Of a stretch of DNA of 64,000 bases, positions 19,326 to 28,266 are shown in pieces. Location of the stretch: sequence record MH992122.1; one strand, written 5' to 3'. Position 1 is the stretch's first letter, and each line of letters begins with the position of its first letter. A model generated the notes under the pieces. It saw only the letters and a list, made by a program, of their open reading frames with translations, searched no databases and was not told the DNA's origin. Position numbers and translations under genes: made by a program. The DNA is from Escherichia phage OLB35.

Positions 19326-21412
19326 TATCCTTGAACAAATTTAAATGGAACCGATTCCAAATCCATTAAAGATGCTAACAGTTTCAATCCTTTAGGAGCA
19401 CTAGTTTTTTCTACAAATGTGGAGAACGATACCGGCTCATCTGATTCGATTTCACCAGTCATAGCAACCACCTCGCCTGTTTCCATGAGAACATCGCCAT
19501 CGTAAATGACTGCTTCATCCAACTGGTCCGAGGACATGACTTCAGCTTGAATAAATTTAAGGTTGGATTCTAAACCTGCACCGGTGTCAGATGACGCATC
19601 TGTAATTTTATTTATCTGCAAGAGAATGCCTCTAGGCAAAATAATTTCTTGCTCATTAGGGTGATTACTCAACTGTCCTGGATAAATCACGTTAACTTTA
19701 TGAGCGCCATCAATAGCCCATCCAACGTTAACACGGATTTGTTCTGGTGCATGCATAGCTGTTCTTACTTGACTAGGAGAAATAGTAACACCTTCGTCAT
19801 TATTGTCAATGCTAAGCTCTTTGCGAACTTCTTCAGGAGCAAGTCCAAGGGCAACGTTCTCTTTAAACCCGCCGAAAATAATAGGAGCTAGTGAAGTAGA
19901 AACATAGTTTCTGAAGTAGAATACCTTATTTTTAACCATTGCTTCGTAAATAGGCATTCTGATAGACTGAGCTCTATACAACGTTAGTCCTTCAGGTAAA
20001 CGGTCTCCATTTAAAAACGCCGAATCAAGACCATCAATAGCGCGTTTAACTTCATCTTCATCTGCAACATCATAAAAATCCGGTTTATAACGTCCTAACA
20101 ACATATTATTGATATCGGTATACGCAGAAGAGGCATATTCACGAATAGCTCGTTTTTCAGCAACAGAGTATTGTTTAGGGTCACGATTCATTGTTATATT
20201 AAAGGTGCCTCTAGCCGATTCTCGTGCATAAGTATACATCACATTAGACAAGAACGCTGATTTACGTTGTTTCCAAGTTTTTTCAGATACTTCAGCTAAA
20301 ACGTCGTCAGCCAGTTGGAAATTATCTCGTCTAAAATCTTCAAACCATTCGTCTCTAATAGAGTCTGCAATTTCGTTTGCAGCTTCAACAAAAGCAGCTA
20401 ATGCTTTAACAGATGTTGTTTTTTCAGTTTTAATTTTCTTAGCAAACTTTTCTAAAGTCGGCTTAATAACACTACCATAAGAAACTTCATCAGCAAATCT
20501 AAAGGATTCATCAATACGATTATAAATCTTATTTTCGATATCAGCAACTAAAGTGCCTTTTGCTGTAGACGATGCTTGGGCTAGTACGATTTCATATGCT
20601 TCAGGAAGTAATTCAGCTGTAGCTGGGCCACTAACTTCTTTAGCAGAATTTTCGTATTTCTGGAATAGCTCACCTTCTTGGCGGTCAGCTTCTAAAGATT
20701 GACTTGCTGCAATAGCGCGACGAGAAATTTTAGTACGAGCAATAACAGGCTTATCTTTACGTTTTTCTTCTACAGCAGCAATAGAACCAGCGATAGCCGT
20801 TTCTTTGGTGACTTTTTCGCCAGTCTTTTTACTCACATAAACTTCACCAACATCAGAATCTACTTTCGTGTACAACTCTGTGTTAATGTTAGGGATGCCT
20901 TTAATATCTTCAATGTTGGCATTTTTACGAACCATCATCACATATGTGTGTTTACCTGTGAATTGATACATTGCAGACAATACTTTAAAACGACCACCGG
21001 TTTTAGTAGAAACTAAACGAGCAAGAAGAGTTTGAAGTTGTTGTCCACGTCCTTTCAATTTCTTGGTAGGGAATCGGAACAAAACTGCATCCATACGAAG
21101 AGCTTTAACCTGTTCATACACTGTATTGAAAATGGTGTTGATTGCATCAATAGGAGCAGGACCAAGACCATTTTTCAATTCAGCGAGATTACCCTTTTCA
21201 GAAAGACTCATAATAACGACATGAGCGTATTTGTCACCAAGTTTAACTTGTTTTACAGCATCGCCTTCGGAAAGGTAAGAGAATAAACGAACTACGATGT
21301 TTGTATCGATATCACCAATTTTCCAGACTTGTGGAACTTTGGCTTTAGGGTTCAAATTGACGACAGGAAGACTGCCTTCAGATTCAAACACTTCATTTAA
21401 TTGTTCAGACAT
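19325..21412 (-). CDS. alt: Alt-family ADP-ribosyltransferase
   Basis: 695 aa between 54 and ligase as in T4; ART R-S-E signature elements (YRAQS, YVSTSL, EQE). Confidence 0.8.
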   Translation of the reverse strand: MSEQLNEVFESEGSLPVVNLNPKAKVPQVWKIGDIDTNIVVRLFSYLSEGDAVKQVKLGDKYAHVVIMSLSEKGNLAELKNGLGPAPIDAINTIFNTVYEQVKALRMDAVLFRFPTKKLKGRGQQLQTLLARLVSTKTGGRFKVLSAMYQFTGKHTYVMMVRKNANIEDIKGIPNINTELYTKVDSDVGEVYVSKKTGEKVTKETAIAGSIAAVEEKRKDKPVIARTKISRRAIAASQSLEADRQEGELFQKYENSAKEVSGPATAELLPEAYEIVLAQASSTAKGTLVADIENKIYNRIDESFRFADEVSYGSVIKPTLEKFAKKIKTEKTTSVKALAAFVEAANEIADSIRDEWFEDFRRDNFQLADDVLAEVSEKTWKQRKSAFLSNVMYTYARESARGTFNITMNRDPKQYSVAEKRAIREYASSAYTDINNMLLGRYKPDFYDVADEDEVKRAIDGLDSAFLNGDRLPEGLTLYRAQSIRMPIYEAMVKNKVFYFRNYVSTSLAPIIFGGFKENVALGLAPEEVRKELSIDNNDEGVTISPSQVRTAMHAPEQIRVNVGWAIDGAHKVNVIYPGQLSNHPNEQEIILPRGILLQINKITDASSDTGAGLESNLKFIQAEVMSSDQLDEAVIYDGDVLMETGEVVAMTGEIESDEPVSFSTFVEKTSAPKGLKLLASLMDLESVPFKFVQG

Positions 21413-21452
21413 AGTGTTTTCCTTTTAGTAATAATTTATATTTATGCCAAAA

Positions 21453-21468
21453 AGAGCCCGAAGGCTCT
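21453..21468 (-). terminator. hairpin AGAGCC-(UUCG)-GGCUCU upstream of alt
   Basis: Stem-loop followed on the transcribed strand by UUUUGG; overlaps the stop of the upstream small ORF. Confidence 0.5.
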
Positions 21469-21677
21469 TAATCCACAATCGGAAGCAAAGTACGATAAAC
21501 TTCAAAATTAGGGCCTTTTTCGTACTTATCAAAATTGTCCATAAAAATATTATAGGAATCGTTATTAGGAAAATCTAATACAATTTGGGAACAAGAGGTG
21601 GAAACATCACCACCATCTTTATTAGCGACAACTACTGTTTCTAAATAAGCTTTCATTATAAACCTGTCTGGGACCAA
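21468..21677 (-). CDS. hypothetical small protein
   Basis: 69 aa ORF between ligase and alt, overlaps ligase stop; start uncertain. Confidence 0.35.
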   Translation of the reverse strand: MVPDRFIMKAYLETVVVANKDGGDVSTSCSQIVLDFPNNDSYNIFMDNFDKYEKGPNFEVYRTLLPIVD

Positions 21678-23149
21678 GGTCCAAATACGTCTTCAAATGA
21701 ATCCGCTTCTGTTTTATCAAAACGGAACCCTTTAATAATTGGAAGGAAAATACCTACAGTACCTTCACGGCCTTTAGAATGAACCCAACCATTACATTCG
21801 CAATCAGCAATACGTCCAATCAATTTACCTTCACGAGCTTCAGCCATTAATCGTTCACGGTCTAAATCATGACGCTCATCTAAAGGAATAAGAACCTTTA
21901 CACCGTCAACTGTTTTATGAGTTGTATCTTTAAACCCTGAACCACAATCGGTTGTAATACGACGACAACGTGATACAAGTTCGACACCACCTAATTTGTT
22001 AGGGTCTTTAGAGTGTTCATAGTATCCTACAACTTCTAAAGCGATATCAATAACTTCTTTAAATTTAATTAGGTTCTTAGAGCGTTTGTTTTCCCAATAT
22101 GAATCACGGTTTTTAAGGATAATACCTTCAAGACCTTGGTCAACATATTTTTTATAAACCACTTTAGCTTCGTCAAGATTACGAACTAACTGATTTTCAA
22201 TTGGCTCAATTCGCTTAAAGCCTTCAGCCATATTTTCAAGAGCAGCAAAACGAACATCGTATTTCTGACCTTTAATTTTGCCATCAGAATAGACTTCATC
22301 TAAAGGAACATAGTCCCAGGCTTGAAGAACCATACCTTCAGCTTCTTTAGGAGAAATAGTCCCTTGAAGAGATTTATTTGCTAAACCGTTTGAAGTGCTA
22401 CGGTCTGCAACTTGTACTTCTTCGGATTCTTCATTATCGCCAAATAAGAACGACAGGTCATTTCCTGAGCTCACAGCCTTTTTAATATCAAATGAATGAT
22501 AAACTAATTCGCCGTCGATTAAAACCCCATTAGGGTGTCTTTCACGGGCTTCTTTAGTCATTTCCATTAGTTCATCTGCTAATAGGGTAAGACCATGGTA
22601 TTCGTTACCGGCACGAGAAAAGAATTGAACACCGTCATCACGAACTTCAGCGAAACAACGAGCACCATCTGCTTTTAATTGAGCAAATGCAGGCCATTTA
22701 ATATTTTTAGTAATCAATTTCTCGTCATATGCAGATGCTAACATCTGCGGTTGCAATTGAATAAGTCCAGGCCATACCTTATTCGCGATAGACACTGAAG
22801 CACCTACTTCAAGGTCTCGCATCATTACACGGCGTAGTACTTCAACATCATCAGGTTTACCGTCGGCGATATAACCCATGAGCTCTTTAATTGCTGCATT
22901 ACCAGTGAGTTTACGAGTGGCCAATGTGAACTCAATAAAATCCAACATGTCATCTAATTCAAGAAGACCATACGCTTGAGACCTTTCACCTGGTCCTGGC
23001 CATTTCTTAATATAATACTGGATACCACGTGCATATGTTAAACGATACACACGTTCAAGTAATTTGTTGTCCTTATTTTTCTTAAGGATTTCCTGTTTTG
23101 TTTTAGTAGAACCGATCGCAGCTATTTGGTTTAAAATATCTAAAATCAT
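21656..23149 (-). CDS. 30: ATP-dependent DNA ligase gp30
   Basis: 497 aa; adenylation motif KADG (AFAQLKADGARCF); long identity to remembered T4 ligase. Confidence 0.95.
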   Translation of the reverse strand: MILDILNQIAAIGSTKTKQEILKKNKDNKLLERVYRLTYARGIQYYIKKWPGPGERSQAYGLLELDDMLDFIEFTLATRKLTGNAAIKELMGYIADGKPDDVEVLRRVMMRDLEVGASVSIANKVWPGLIQLQPQMLASAYDEKLITKNIKWPAFAQLKADGARCFAEVRDDGVQFFSRAGNEYHGLTLLADELMEMTKEARERHPNGVLIDGELVYHSFDIKKAVSSGNDLSFLFGDNEESEEVQVADRSTSNGLANKSLQGTISPKEAEGMVLQAWDYVPLDEVYSDGKIKGQKYDVRFAALENMAEGFKRIEPIENQLVRNLDEAKVVYKKYVDQGLEGIILKNRDSYWENKRSKNLIKFKEVIDIALEVVGYYEHSKDPNKLGGVELVSRCRRITTDCGSGFKDTTHKTVDGVKVLIPLDERHDLDRERLMAEAREGKLIGRIADCECNGWVHSKGREGTVGIFLPIIKGFRFDKTEADSFEDVFGPWSQTGL

Positions 23150-23415
23150 TTGATATCCTCGATTTTGGTTACGGTTCTATTATAAGCCACTTCATCTAGA
23201 AGCGATTTCAGCGTTTTCTGATAAGTGGTAATCCGTTTACCGAGTCCTTCAACATAGTATTCTGAAATGTAGATGAACCCTTGTTCAACGCACTCTTTAA
23301 ATATTTCTGCGTCTTTTACTGAACGAAACAACGGCCAGTCTCGAAAGAACATGTTAACATGACCGTAGTCGCGTGTGGTGTTTTTGCCATCTGTAATATC
23401 ATGAACTACAAACAT
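23146..23415 (-). CDS. hypothetical protein (30.1-like by position)
   Basis: 89 aa ORF, start overlaps stop of upstream ORF. Confidence 0.45.
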   Translation of the reverse strand: MFVVHDITDGKNTTRDYGHVNMFFRDWPLFRSVKDAEIFKECVEQGFIYISEYYVEGLGKRITTYQKTLKSLLDEVAYNRTVTKIEDIK

Positions 23416-23424
23416 AATTAACCC

Positions 23425-24249
23425 TTAACAATTTTTAGACCAAGTCCATTTAGACGAATCTAAAGGAAAGTTTTGAATCGTCCACCATGGCTGCATATCG
23501 GTTGGTCCTGGGGTTCGCCAGGTATATGGAGTACGTGTTGTCGAGGGGCCACCAATTTGATTAGGCCATGCGCCTGGACTTGTTGCACCAGATTCTTTAA
23601 GCAAATCGGCCAATCGTTTTAAAAGGTCTTCACGATCTGAATTTGAATTATGCTCGGGTGGAACCAATCGAGATTCAATATCATCCCACGTGTGTACACG
23701 TTGTGCAGTGCGAGGAATATCATCACGTTCACCACGAGCCAACCAATAAATCGGTACATTAAGAATTTCTGCCGCATGGTCACAGTGATGAGCTAAATCG
23801 TCAACGTAACAAATCACGTTATATTTTGTTTTAGCTAGTTCGAATAATTGTTCCTTTGAAGAATCATGACCACACATCATTACTTCAGAGAAAGCGCCTG
23901 GGAACAAAGCGTTCAAATTAAATTGTCTATTCAATCGAGCATCAATTGAATCACCTAGCGCCGTCACGGCTACAAAATTATAGTCTTCTTTTAGTTTATT
24001 GATAACTCGAAGAGCATCCGAATAAGGCGCTAAGTAACGAATAAAATCAGAGCGATTATATTTTTCTATTAATTGTTTACCGAGGTTATCGTCGGTATTG
24101 AATAGTTTACCAGGAGAAATAAATTTTTCGTCCTGAATCATTTTTAAAATATGTTCTAATGGAAGATTATATTTTTGGGCAAAATAAGGAAGTCCGGATT
24201 GCCAACTTAAACATACACCATCAATATCAGTCAAAATAGTAGGCTTCAT
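23425..24249 (-). CDS. HAD-superfamily hydrolase-like protein (30.2-like)
   Basis: 274 aa; N-terminal HAD motif I ILTDIDGV; Trp-rich C-terminal tail. Confidence 0.55.
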   Translation of the reverse strand: MKPTILTDIDGVCLSWQSGLPYFAQKYNLPLEHILKMIQDEKFISPGKLFNTDDNLGKQLIEKYNRSDFIRYLAPYSDALRVINKLKEDYNFVAVTALGDSIDARLNRQFNLNALFPGAFSEVMMCGHDSSKEQLFELAKTKYNVICYVDDLAHHCDHAAEILNVPIYWLARGERDDIPRTAQRVHTWDDIESRLVPPEHNSNSDREDLLKRLADLLKESGATSPGAWPNQIGGPSTTRTPYTWRTPGPTDMQPWWTIQNFPLDSSKWTWSKNC

Positions 24250-24713
24250 AAAGAGTCTCTTAATAGGTTTAACACATCAATAAATTCAGCTTCAGTTAGT
24301 ATTGTATCATCTTTTGTTAGGTGGCTAGCCATGCTGTGCTTCAAAATTTTTCCTTTAGAGGCTTGTAAGGCATCACGAAACCCCTTATTTTGGATCGCGG
24401 CTTCAAAATATGCATTTGTGTATAATTCTTTCCACGCTTCGGAGTATCTTGAAAACGGAACTCCTAACCAGAAGAGAGTTCCATGGTCCTGGGCTCTTGC
24501 ATAAGACCTTCCAGCTTGCTGTGCAGCCAATCCAGACAACCCAAATATACGTCTTTGTTGTTCAACATTTTTCACCTTACATCCTTGGAGAAATCCTTCA
24601 AGACCTCCGAATTGAATACCATCCATAACAAAAGGCCATTGAGCAAAGTTACTTAATGCACATGACGGCCACTTGAAATTACTTCTTATTTCTAATTCAG
24701 ACATCTTTAACAC
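24246..24713 (-). CDS. NADAR / YbiA (DUF1768)-like protein (30.3-like)
   Basis: 155 aa; segment ALSNFAQWPFVMDGIQF resembles the YbiA/NADAR core (SNFAAWP..DG); family call from memory only. Confidence 0.5.
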   Translation of the reverse strand: MLKMSELEIRSNFKWPSCALSNFAQWPFVMDGIQFGGLEGFLQGCKVKNVEQQRRIFGLSGLAAQQAGRSYARAQDHGTLFWLGVPFSRYSEAWKELYTNAYFEAAIQNKGFRDALQASKGKILKHSMASHLTKDDTILTEAEFIDVLNLLRDSL

Positions 24714-24909
24714 TTATAATTTCAACATCAGCCCAATGGCCGTAACTAGGCAGACGGTCTTCAATAGATAAACCACCGTCATTTTTAAGCATTTTAATTG
24801 TCTTGATAAATGGTTCATCCTGTGGATGAATAGGCGAGCAGTCAGTTACACGATAAGTAACTTCGATCATTTCTGTACCAAACAATTTCTGGATTAGTTT
24901 TTTAAGCAT
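24697..24909 (-). CDS. hypothetical protein
   Basis: 70 aa ORF in the 30.x early block. Confidence 0.4.
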   Translation of the reverse strand: MLKKLIQKLFGTEMIEVTYRVTDCSPIHPQDEPFIKTIKMLKNDGGLSIEDRLPSYGHWADVEIISVKDV

Positions 24910-24913
24910 TTTA

Positions 24914-25201
24914 TTAGAACCTCATCTGAAAGCCATGTGATTTAACATTACCGCCGCCAATATCAGAAATGTTAATTTCACTTGCAATCGAAGGATCGAT
25001 GTCAATTTCACGATTAAGTTTAGTGATAGCTAAAGTATCATGCCCATTTACTGTACGAAACTCCAAAGGACATACTACGTTGACATAGTGTTTAATTGAC
25101 TCGCTAGTAGGTTGCAAATGGACCGGAAGGTCTTTAGGTGCTTTAGAGAAAACAACTTCACAAAAGTTTTTGCGGGTATCAAAATAAGTGGTCATAAACA
25201 T
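24914..25201 (-). CDS. hypothetical protein
   Basis: 95 aa ORF with RBS GAGGAAAAT, preceded by a terminator hairpin. Confidence 0.4.
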   Translation of the reverse strand: MFMTTYFDTRKNFCEVVFSKAPKDLPVHLQPTSESIKHYVNVVCPLEFRTVNGHDTLAITKLNREIDIDPSIASEINISDIGGGNVKSHGFQMRF

Positions 25202-25217
25202 AATATTTTCCTCAATT

Positions 25218-25233
25218 GGGAGCCGAAGCTCCC
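25218..25233 (-). terminator. hairpin GGGAGC-(UUCG)-GCUCCC in the 30.x block
   Basis: Between the stop of ORF 25241..25606 and the start of ORF 24914..25201. Confidence 0.5.
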
Positions 25234-25240
25234 AGTTAAA

Positions 25241-25606
25241 TTAGATATCGAATTCATTAAGAACTACATCAAAGATTGCTTCGAGATGTTCAGGTTTAGC
25301 TCGGTTACTCAGGATATGACGAATCCAAGTTTTAACCAAAAGTTTACGATTAACACCGTTCCAGCAAGGATGAGTACCTAAATCACGCTGACGGAAATCA
25401 TCATCTAATGCAATTTTAAAATTTGAACCTTCCATCGTGATTGAAACCGTGATGCCATTTTCAAATCGCATATAAACGTAATTAGGAGTCATGCACTGTT
25501 CGATTTCACAAACTGTACCGTTTTTGTGTTTCCATAAGCAAATAACTTCAGAAGAACCAGCGATACCGTTAGAAACATATTTACGTTCGAAGTTGATGTA
25601 GTTCAT
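25241..25606 (-). CDS. hypothetical protein
   Basis: 121 aa ORF in the 30.x early block. Confidence 0.45.
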   Translation of the reverse strand: MNYINFERKYVSNGIAGSSEVICLWKHKNGTVCEIEQCMTPNYVYMRFENGITVSITMEGSNFKIALDDDFRQRDLGTHPCWNGVNRKLLVKTWIRHILSNRAKPEHLEAIFDVVLNEFDI

Positions 25607-25680
25607 TTTATTCTCCAGATGTTTAAGTTGTTTGTTAGTACAGGTCTATAATAACATAACCTGTACCAAAGTAAACTGTT

Positions 25681-26049
25681 TTATGCAACTTTAATCCAAT
25701 TGTCTAAATTTAAAACACCTTTGGCTTTCATTTTTTCGATCAGGTTATCTGCTGTAATGCGTCCATTTTGATACCATGTAACATCTTCAGAGTAACCAGT
25801 TTCTTCGTCAACATATGTTTCTGAACGAATTTTACCTGTAATAATAGTTTTTAATTCGTATGTGTCACCTGTGAAAAAGTTTGCTAACACAATTTTCCAA
25901 GAGAAATCATTTGAAGGACCTTCAGGAGTTGTACAACCTACGATCTCAAATTGCTCTTTGTATAACATCCACTGGAATTCTTTAATTTCGATAGCTTTAT
26001 AACCGTCGTGGTCTTTACATTTGATGTATGAGTTCAGGTTGATTTTCAT
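25681..26049 (-). CDS. hypothetical protein
   Basis: 122 aa ORF with its own early promoter (TACTAT / GTTTAC) and RBS. Confidence 0.5.
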   Translation of the reverse strand: MKINLNSYIKCKDHDGYKAIEIKEFQWMLYKEQFEIVGCTTPEGPSNDFSWKIVLANFFTGDTYELKTIITGKIRSETYVDEETGYSEDVTWYQNGRITADNLIEKMKAKGVLNLDNWIKVA

Positions 26050-26090
26050 TTTGTTCTCCAGTTTGTTTTATTGATTAGGTGGTACAAGTC

Positions 26091-26119
26091 TATAGTAACA
26101 CATCCTACAGGAGAGTAAA
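26091..26119 (-). promoter_or_regulatory. T4-type early promoter
   Basis: Reverse strand GTTTAC, 17 nt, TACTAT, directly after the UUCG terminator hairpin. Confidence 0.55.
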
Positions 26120-26156
26120 CATTTTTTTAAACTTTTTCTGCCCTAAACGCACAAAA

Positions 26157-26174
26157 GGGAGACCGAAGTCTCCC
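26157..26174 (-). terminator. terminator hairpin GGGAGAC-UUCG-GUCUCCC (18 nt identical to the gene 23 terminator)
   Basis: Directly after the 58 aa ORF stop, followed on the transcribed strand by a T-run, then an early promoter. Confidence 0.75.
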
Positions 26175-26179
26175 TAAAA

Positions 26180-26356
26180 TTATGCAACAACCTTTCCAAA
26201 ACGAGAAGCATCATCTCGAAGAACTGCACGTGCTCTGCGCATGATCTTCTCAACTGTTTGATTAATACGAGAGTTCGACCCACGCTTGTATCCAGCGCGT
26301 TTAGAATCACCGACTTTCTTTTCAACTGCTTTCTTTGCTTTAGTTTGTTTTGCCAT
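26180..26356 (-). CDS. small basic Lys-rich protein, 58 aa (MAKQTKAKKAVEKKVGDSKRAGYKRG...)
   Basis: Below the track threshold; hand-translated; followed by UUCG terminator hairpin; the overlapping track ORF 26143..26325 in another frame looks non-protein-like. Confidence 0.5.
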   Translation of the reverse strand: MAKQTKAKKAVEKKVGDSKRAGYKRGSNSRINQTVEKIMRRARAVLRDDASRFGKVVA

Positions 26357-26623
26357 TATAAATTCTCTTTAAATGAAAATGCAGGACTTATTGACATTGC
26401 CTGCTCAAGCCCTCAAGGGGAACATAGGTTTTGGATATTTAACGACAGGATAACCATAAACCCGTCATCATACCATATAGCTCTTATCTGTTGGGGGTAG
26501 CATGCACTTACCGCTATAAGAACAACATTCAAGAGGTACACCGTAAAACTGCCGGGGTCTTATTCTAAAATATAATGATTCGCAAATCATTAATCAGACA
26601 ATTCGACGGCTCCTCGATTTAAC

Positions 26624-26872
26624 TTACTTCAGGGTAATAACAAAATGACGTACTGCTTTACGAGCTGCTGAAGCCAAAGGCTTAGCATATTTCAGTTCAT
26701 CTTTTGCTTCCAGTTCAGCAGCCAGAGTAGCCTGAGCAGGATTCAGATGTTTGAAATACTGTAAGATTTCCAGTGCTTCGGCTTCAACATCAATTGAAGC
26801 GCCGTAGTTTTCGTGACCGTTATTCCATGCGTTGCGTTGCAGATCAAGAGCGTGTTGTAGTTGTTTAATCAT
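26624..26872 (-). CDS. rIII: RIII lysis inhibition accessory protein
   Basis: 82 aa, near-identical to remembered T4 RIII (MIKQLQHALxLQRNAWNNGHENYGASIDVEAEALEIL..). Confidence 0.9.
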   Translation of the reverse strand: MIKQLQHALDLQRNAWNNGHENYGASIDVEAEALEILQYFKHLNPAQATLAAELEAKDELKYAKPLASAARKAVRHFVITLK

Positions 26873-26996
26873 TTTAAATTCTCAATTCGAGATAATATTT
26901 AGTAGCCACGTTCGTCTGAATTTCACCTTCTTTCGACAAGTCTCTCAGTTGTAGGCTACCGCTTAGAAGAGTGTTCTCTTCATATAGTTATTTATA

Positions 26997-27329
26997 TCAC
27001 TTATAAAGACACGGAATAGCTTTATAGTGGCATGTTACGAATTTCTGTTTAATTTCTTTAGGTTGTTTAAGTCCCAAAGCCACAAATGGATGTGGAACAT
27101 TTCGAATTTGTCCAACTGGTAGTGGAGTCAAATCACCGACTTCAACAAAACCTTCAGGAACATCAGGACCTACAGAATGAACTACACATAGTTCAGGAAC
27201 TTCACCTTGAACACGTTTACCAATCACAAGTCCTGATTCGGTAACTTCTTCATCACCTGCTTGAGCGGGTTCAGAAACCAGAATGACATATTCACCAACA
27301 GCACGAATTGGGAGTTGTACTTCAGACAT
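26997..27329 (-). CDS. 31: co-chaperonin for GroEL gp31
   Basis: 110 aa; near-identical to remembered T4 gp31 ([29 protein letters not shown]...). Confidence 0.9.
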   Translation of the reverse strand: MSEVQLPIRAVGEYVILVSEPAQAGDEEVTESGLVIGKRVQGEVPELCVVHSVGPDVPEGFVEVGDLTPLPVGQIRNVPHPFVALGLKQPKEIKQKFVTCHYKAIPCLYK

Positions 27330-27386
27330 CTTATTTCCTTGTTGTTTGACGATAGATTAATAATACCATACTATTCGTAAAGCATA

Positions 27387-27695
27387 TTACATAAGAAGCA
27401 AACGTTCGACCGGAGTACCATCAACCGAAATTACTTTATCAAGGCGGAAAGAACGCCACTGACCTAACTTGGTATCGAATGCTCGAACTGATTCACGAGG
27501 TTCAGAACGAACTTCTGTTGATGGGTTACTATTTTCATATTTGACTTCAAGTTCATCGCGCGAAGCAAACATCGTACGAACATCACCGTTAGCCTTTTCA
27601 AATACAACACAATGAACGCCTACAGACAGAATAGTTTTAATACGTTCACGAAGAACCATAGTTTCTTGTTCAGTTAAAATCATATTATTCACCAC
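27387..27695 (-). CDS. hypothetical protein (31.1-like by position)
   Basis: 102 aa ORF between cd and 31. Confidence 0.45.
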   Translation of the reverse strand: MVNNMILTEQETMVLRERIKTILSVGVHCVVFEKANGDVRTMFASRDELEVKYENSNPSTEVRSEPRESVRAFDTKLGQWRSFRLDKVISVDGTPVERLLLM

Positions 27696-28266
27696 AAAAG
27701 TTTCGGATTTGTTCCCAATTCAGAGAACGAAGATTATTACGAGAGTACTGAATTACTTCAATACCAGCTTGTTTTAGAATATCTGCCCAATTTTCAGGAG
27801 ATCGGTCGTATAATTCTGCGTATACGACCTTTTTAATACCTGACTGCGTAATAGCTTTAGTACAATCAGGACATGGAGAAAGCGTCGTATATAACGTAGC
27901 ACCTTCAATAGAATTACCTTTACGAGCGGCAAACAAAATTGCATTCAATTCTGCATGGATTTCATTATTAGCAGACCATGCACTATGAGCAGCTCGATGT
28001 TCTTTGGCTAAAACAAAATTATCTACCCGTCCAAATGCTGTAGTGCCTTCTTTATGTCCAGCAACGATGACCGGACTTGGTTTATTCTTCAACCAACCAT
28101 TTTCAGATGCATGTTCGCAACAGTTAACGCCACCTGCAGGTGAACCGTTATATCCAGTAGAGATAATGCGTCCATCTTTTTCAATGACGGCACCAACTTT
28201 CCATGAACAACATTTTGATTCTTGAGAAATCAGATATGCAATCTGAAGGTATGTGCTAGCTTTCAT
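27685..28266 (-). CDS. cd: dCMP deaminase
   Basis: 193 aa, T4 Cd size; zinc-binding deaminase motifs CEHAE-like (NCCEHASE) and PCPDC. Confidence 0.9.
   Translation of the reverse strand: MKASTYLQIAYLISQESKCCSWKVGAVIEKDGRIISTGYNGSPAGGVNCCEHASENGWLKNKPSPVIVAGHKEGTTAFGRVDNFVLAKEHRAAHSAWSANNEIHAELNAILFAARKGNSIEGATLYTTLSPCPDCTKAITQSGIKKVVYAELYDRSPENWADILKQAGIEVIQYSRNNLRSLNWEQIRNFCGE

Noticed and set aside
21433-21448. Late promoter for alt
   Set aside because: Transcribed strand reads CATAAATATAAATT, close to but not an exact TATAAATA; left uncalled
26143-26325. 60 aa minus-strand track ORF
   Set aside because: Runs through the UUCG terminator hairpin; an overlapping out-of-frame 58 aa ORF is far more protein-like and ends cleanly before the hairpin
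26258-26500. 80 aa plus-strand track ORF
   Set aside because: Cys/Phe-rich low-complexity translation on the non-transcribed strand of an early region; likely shadow ORF
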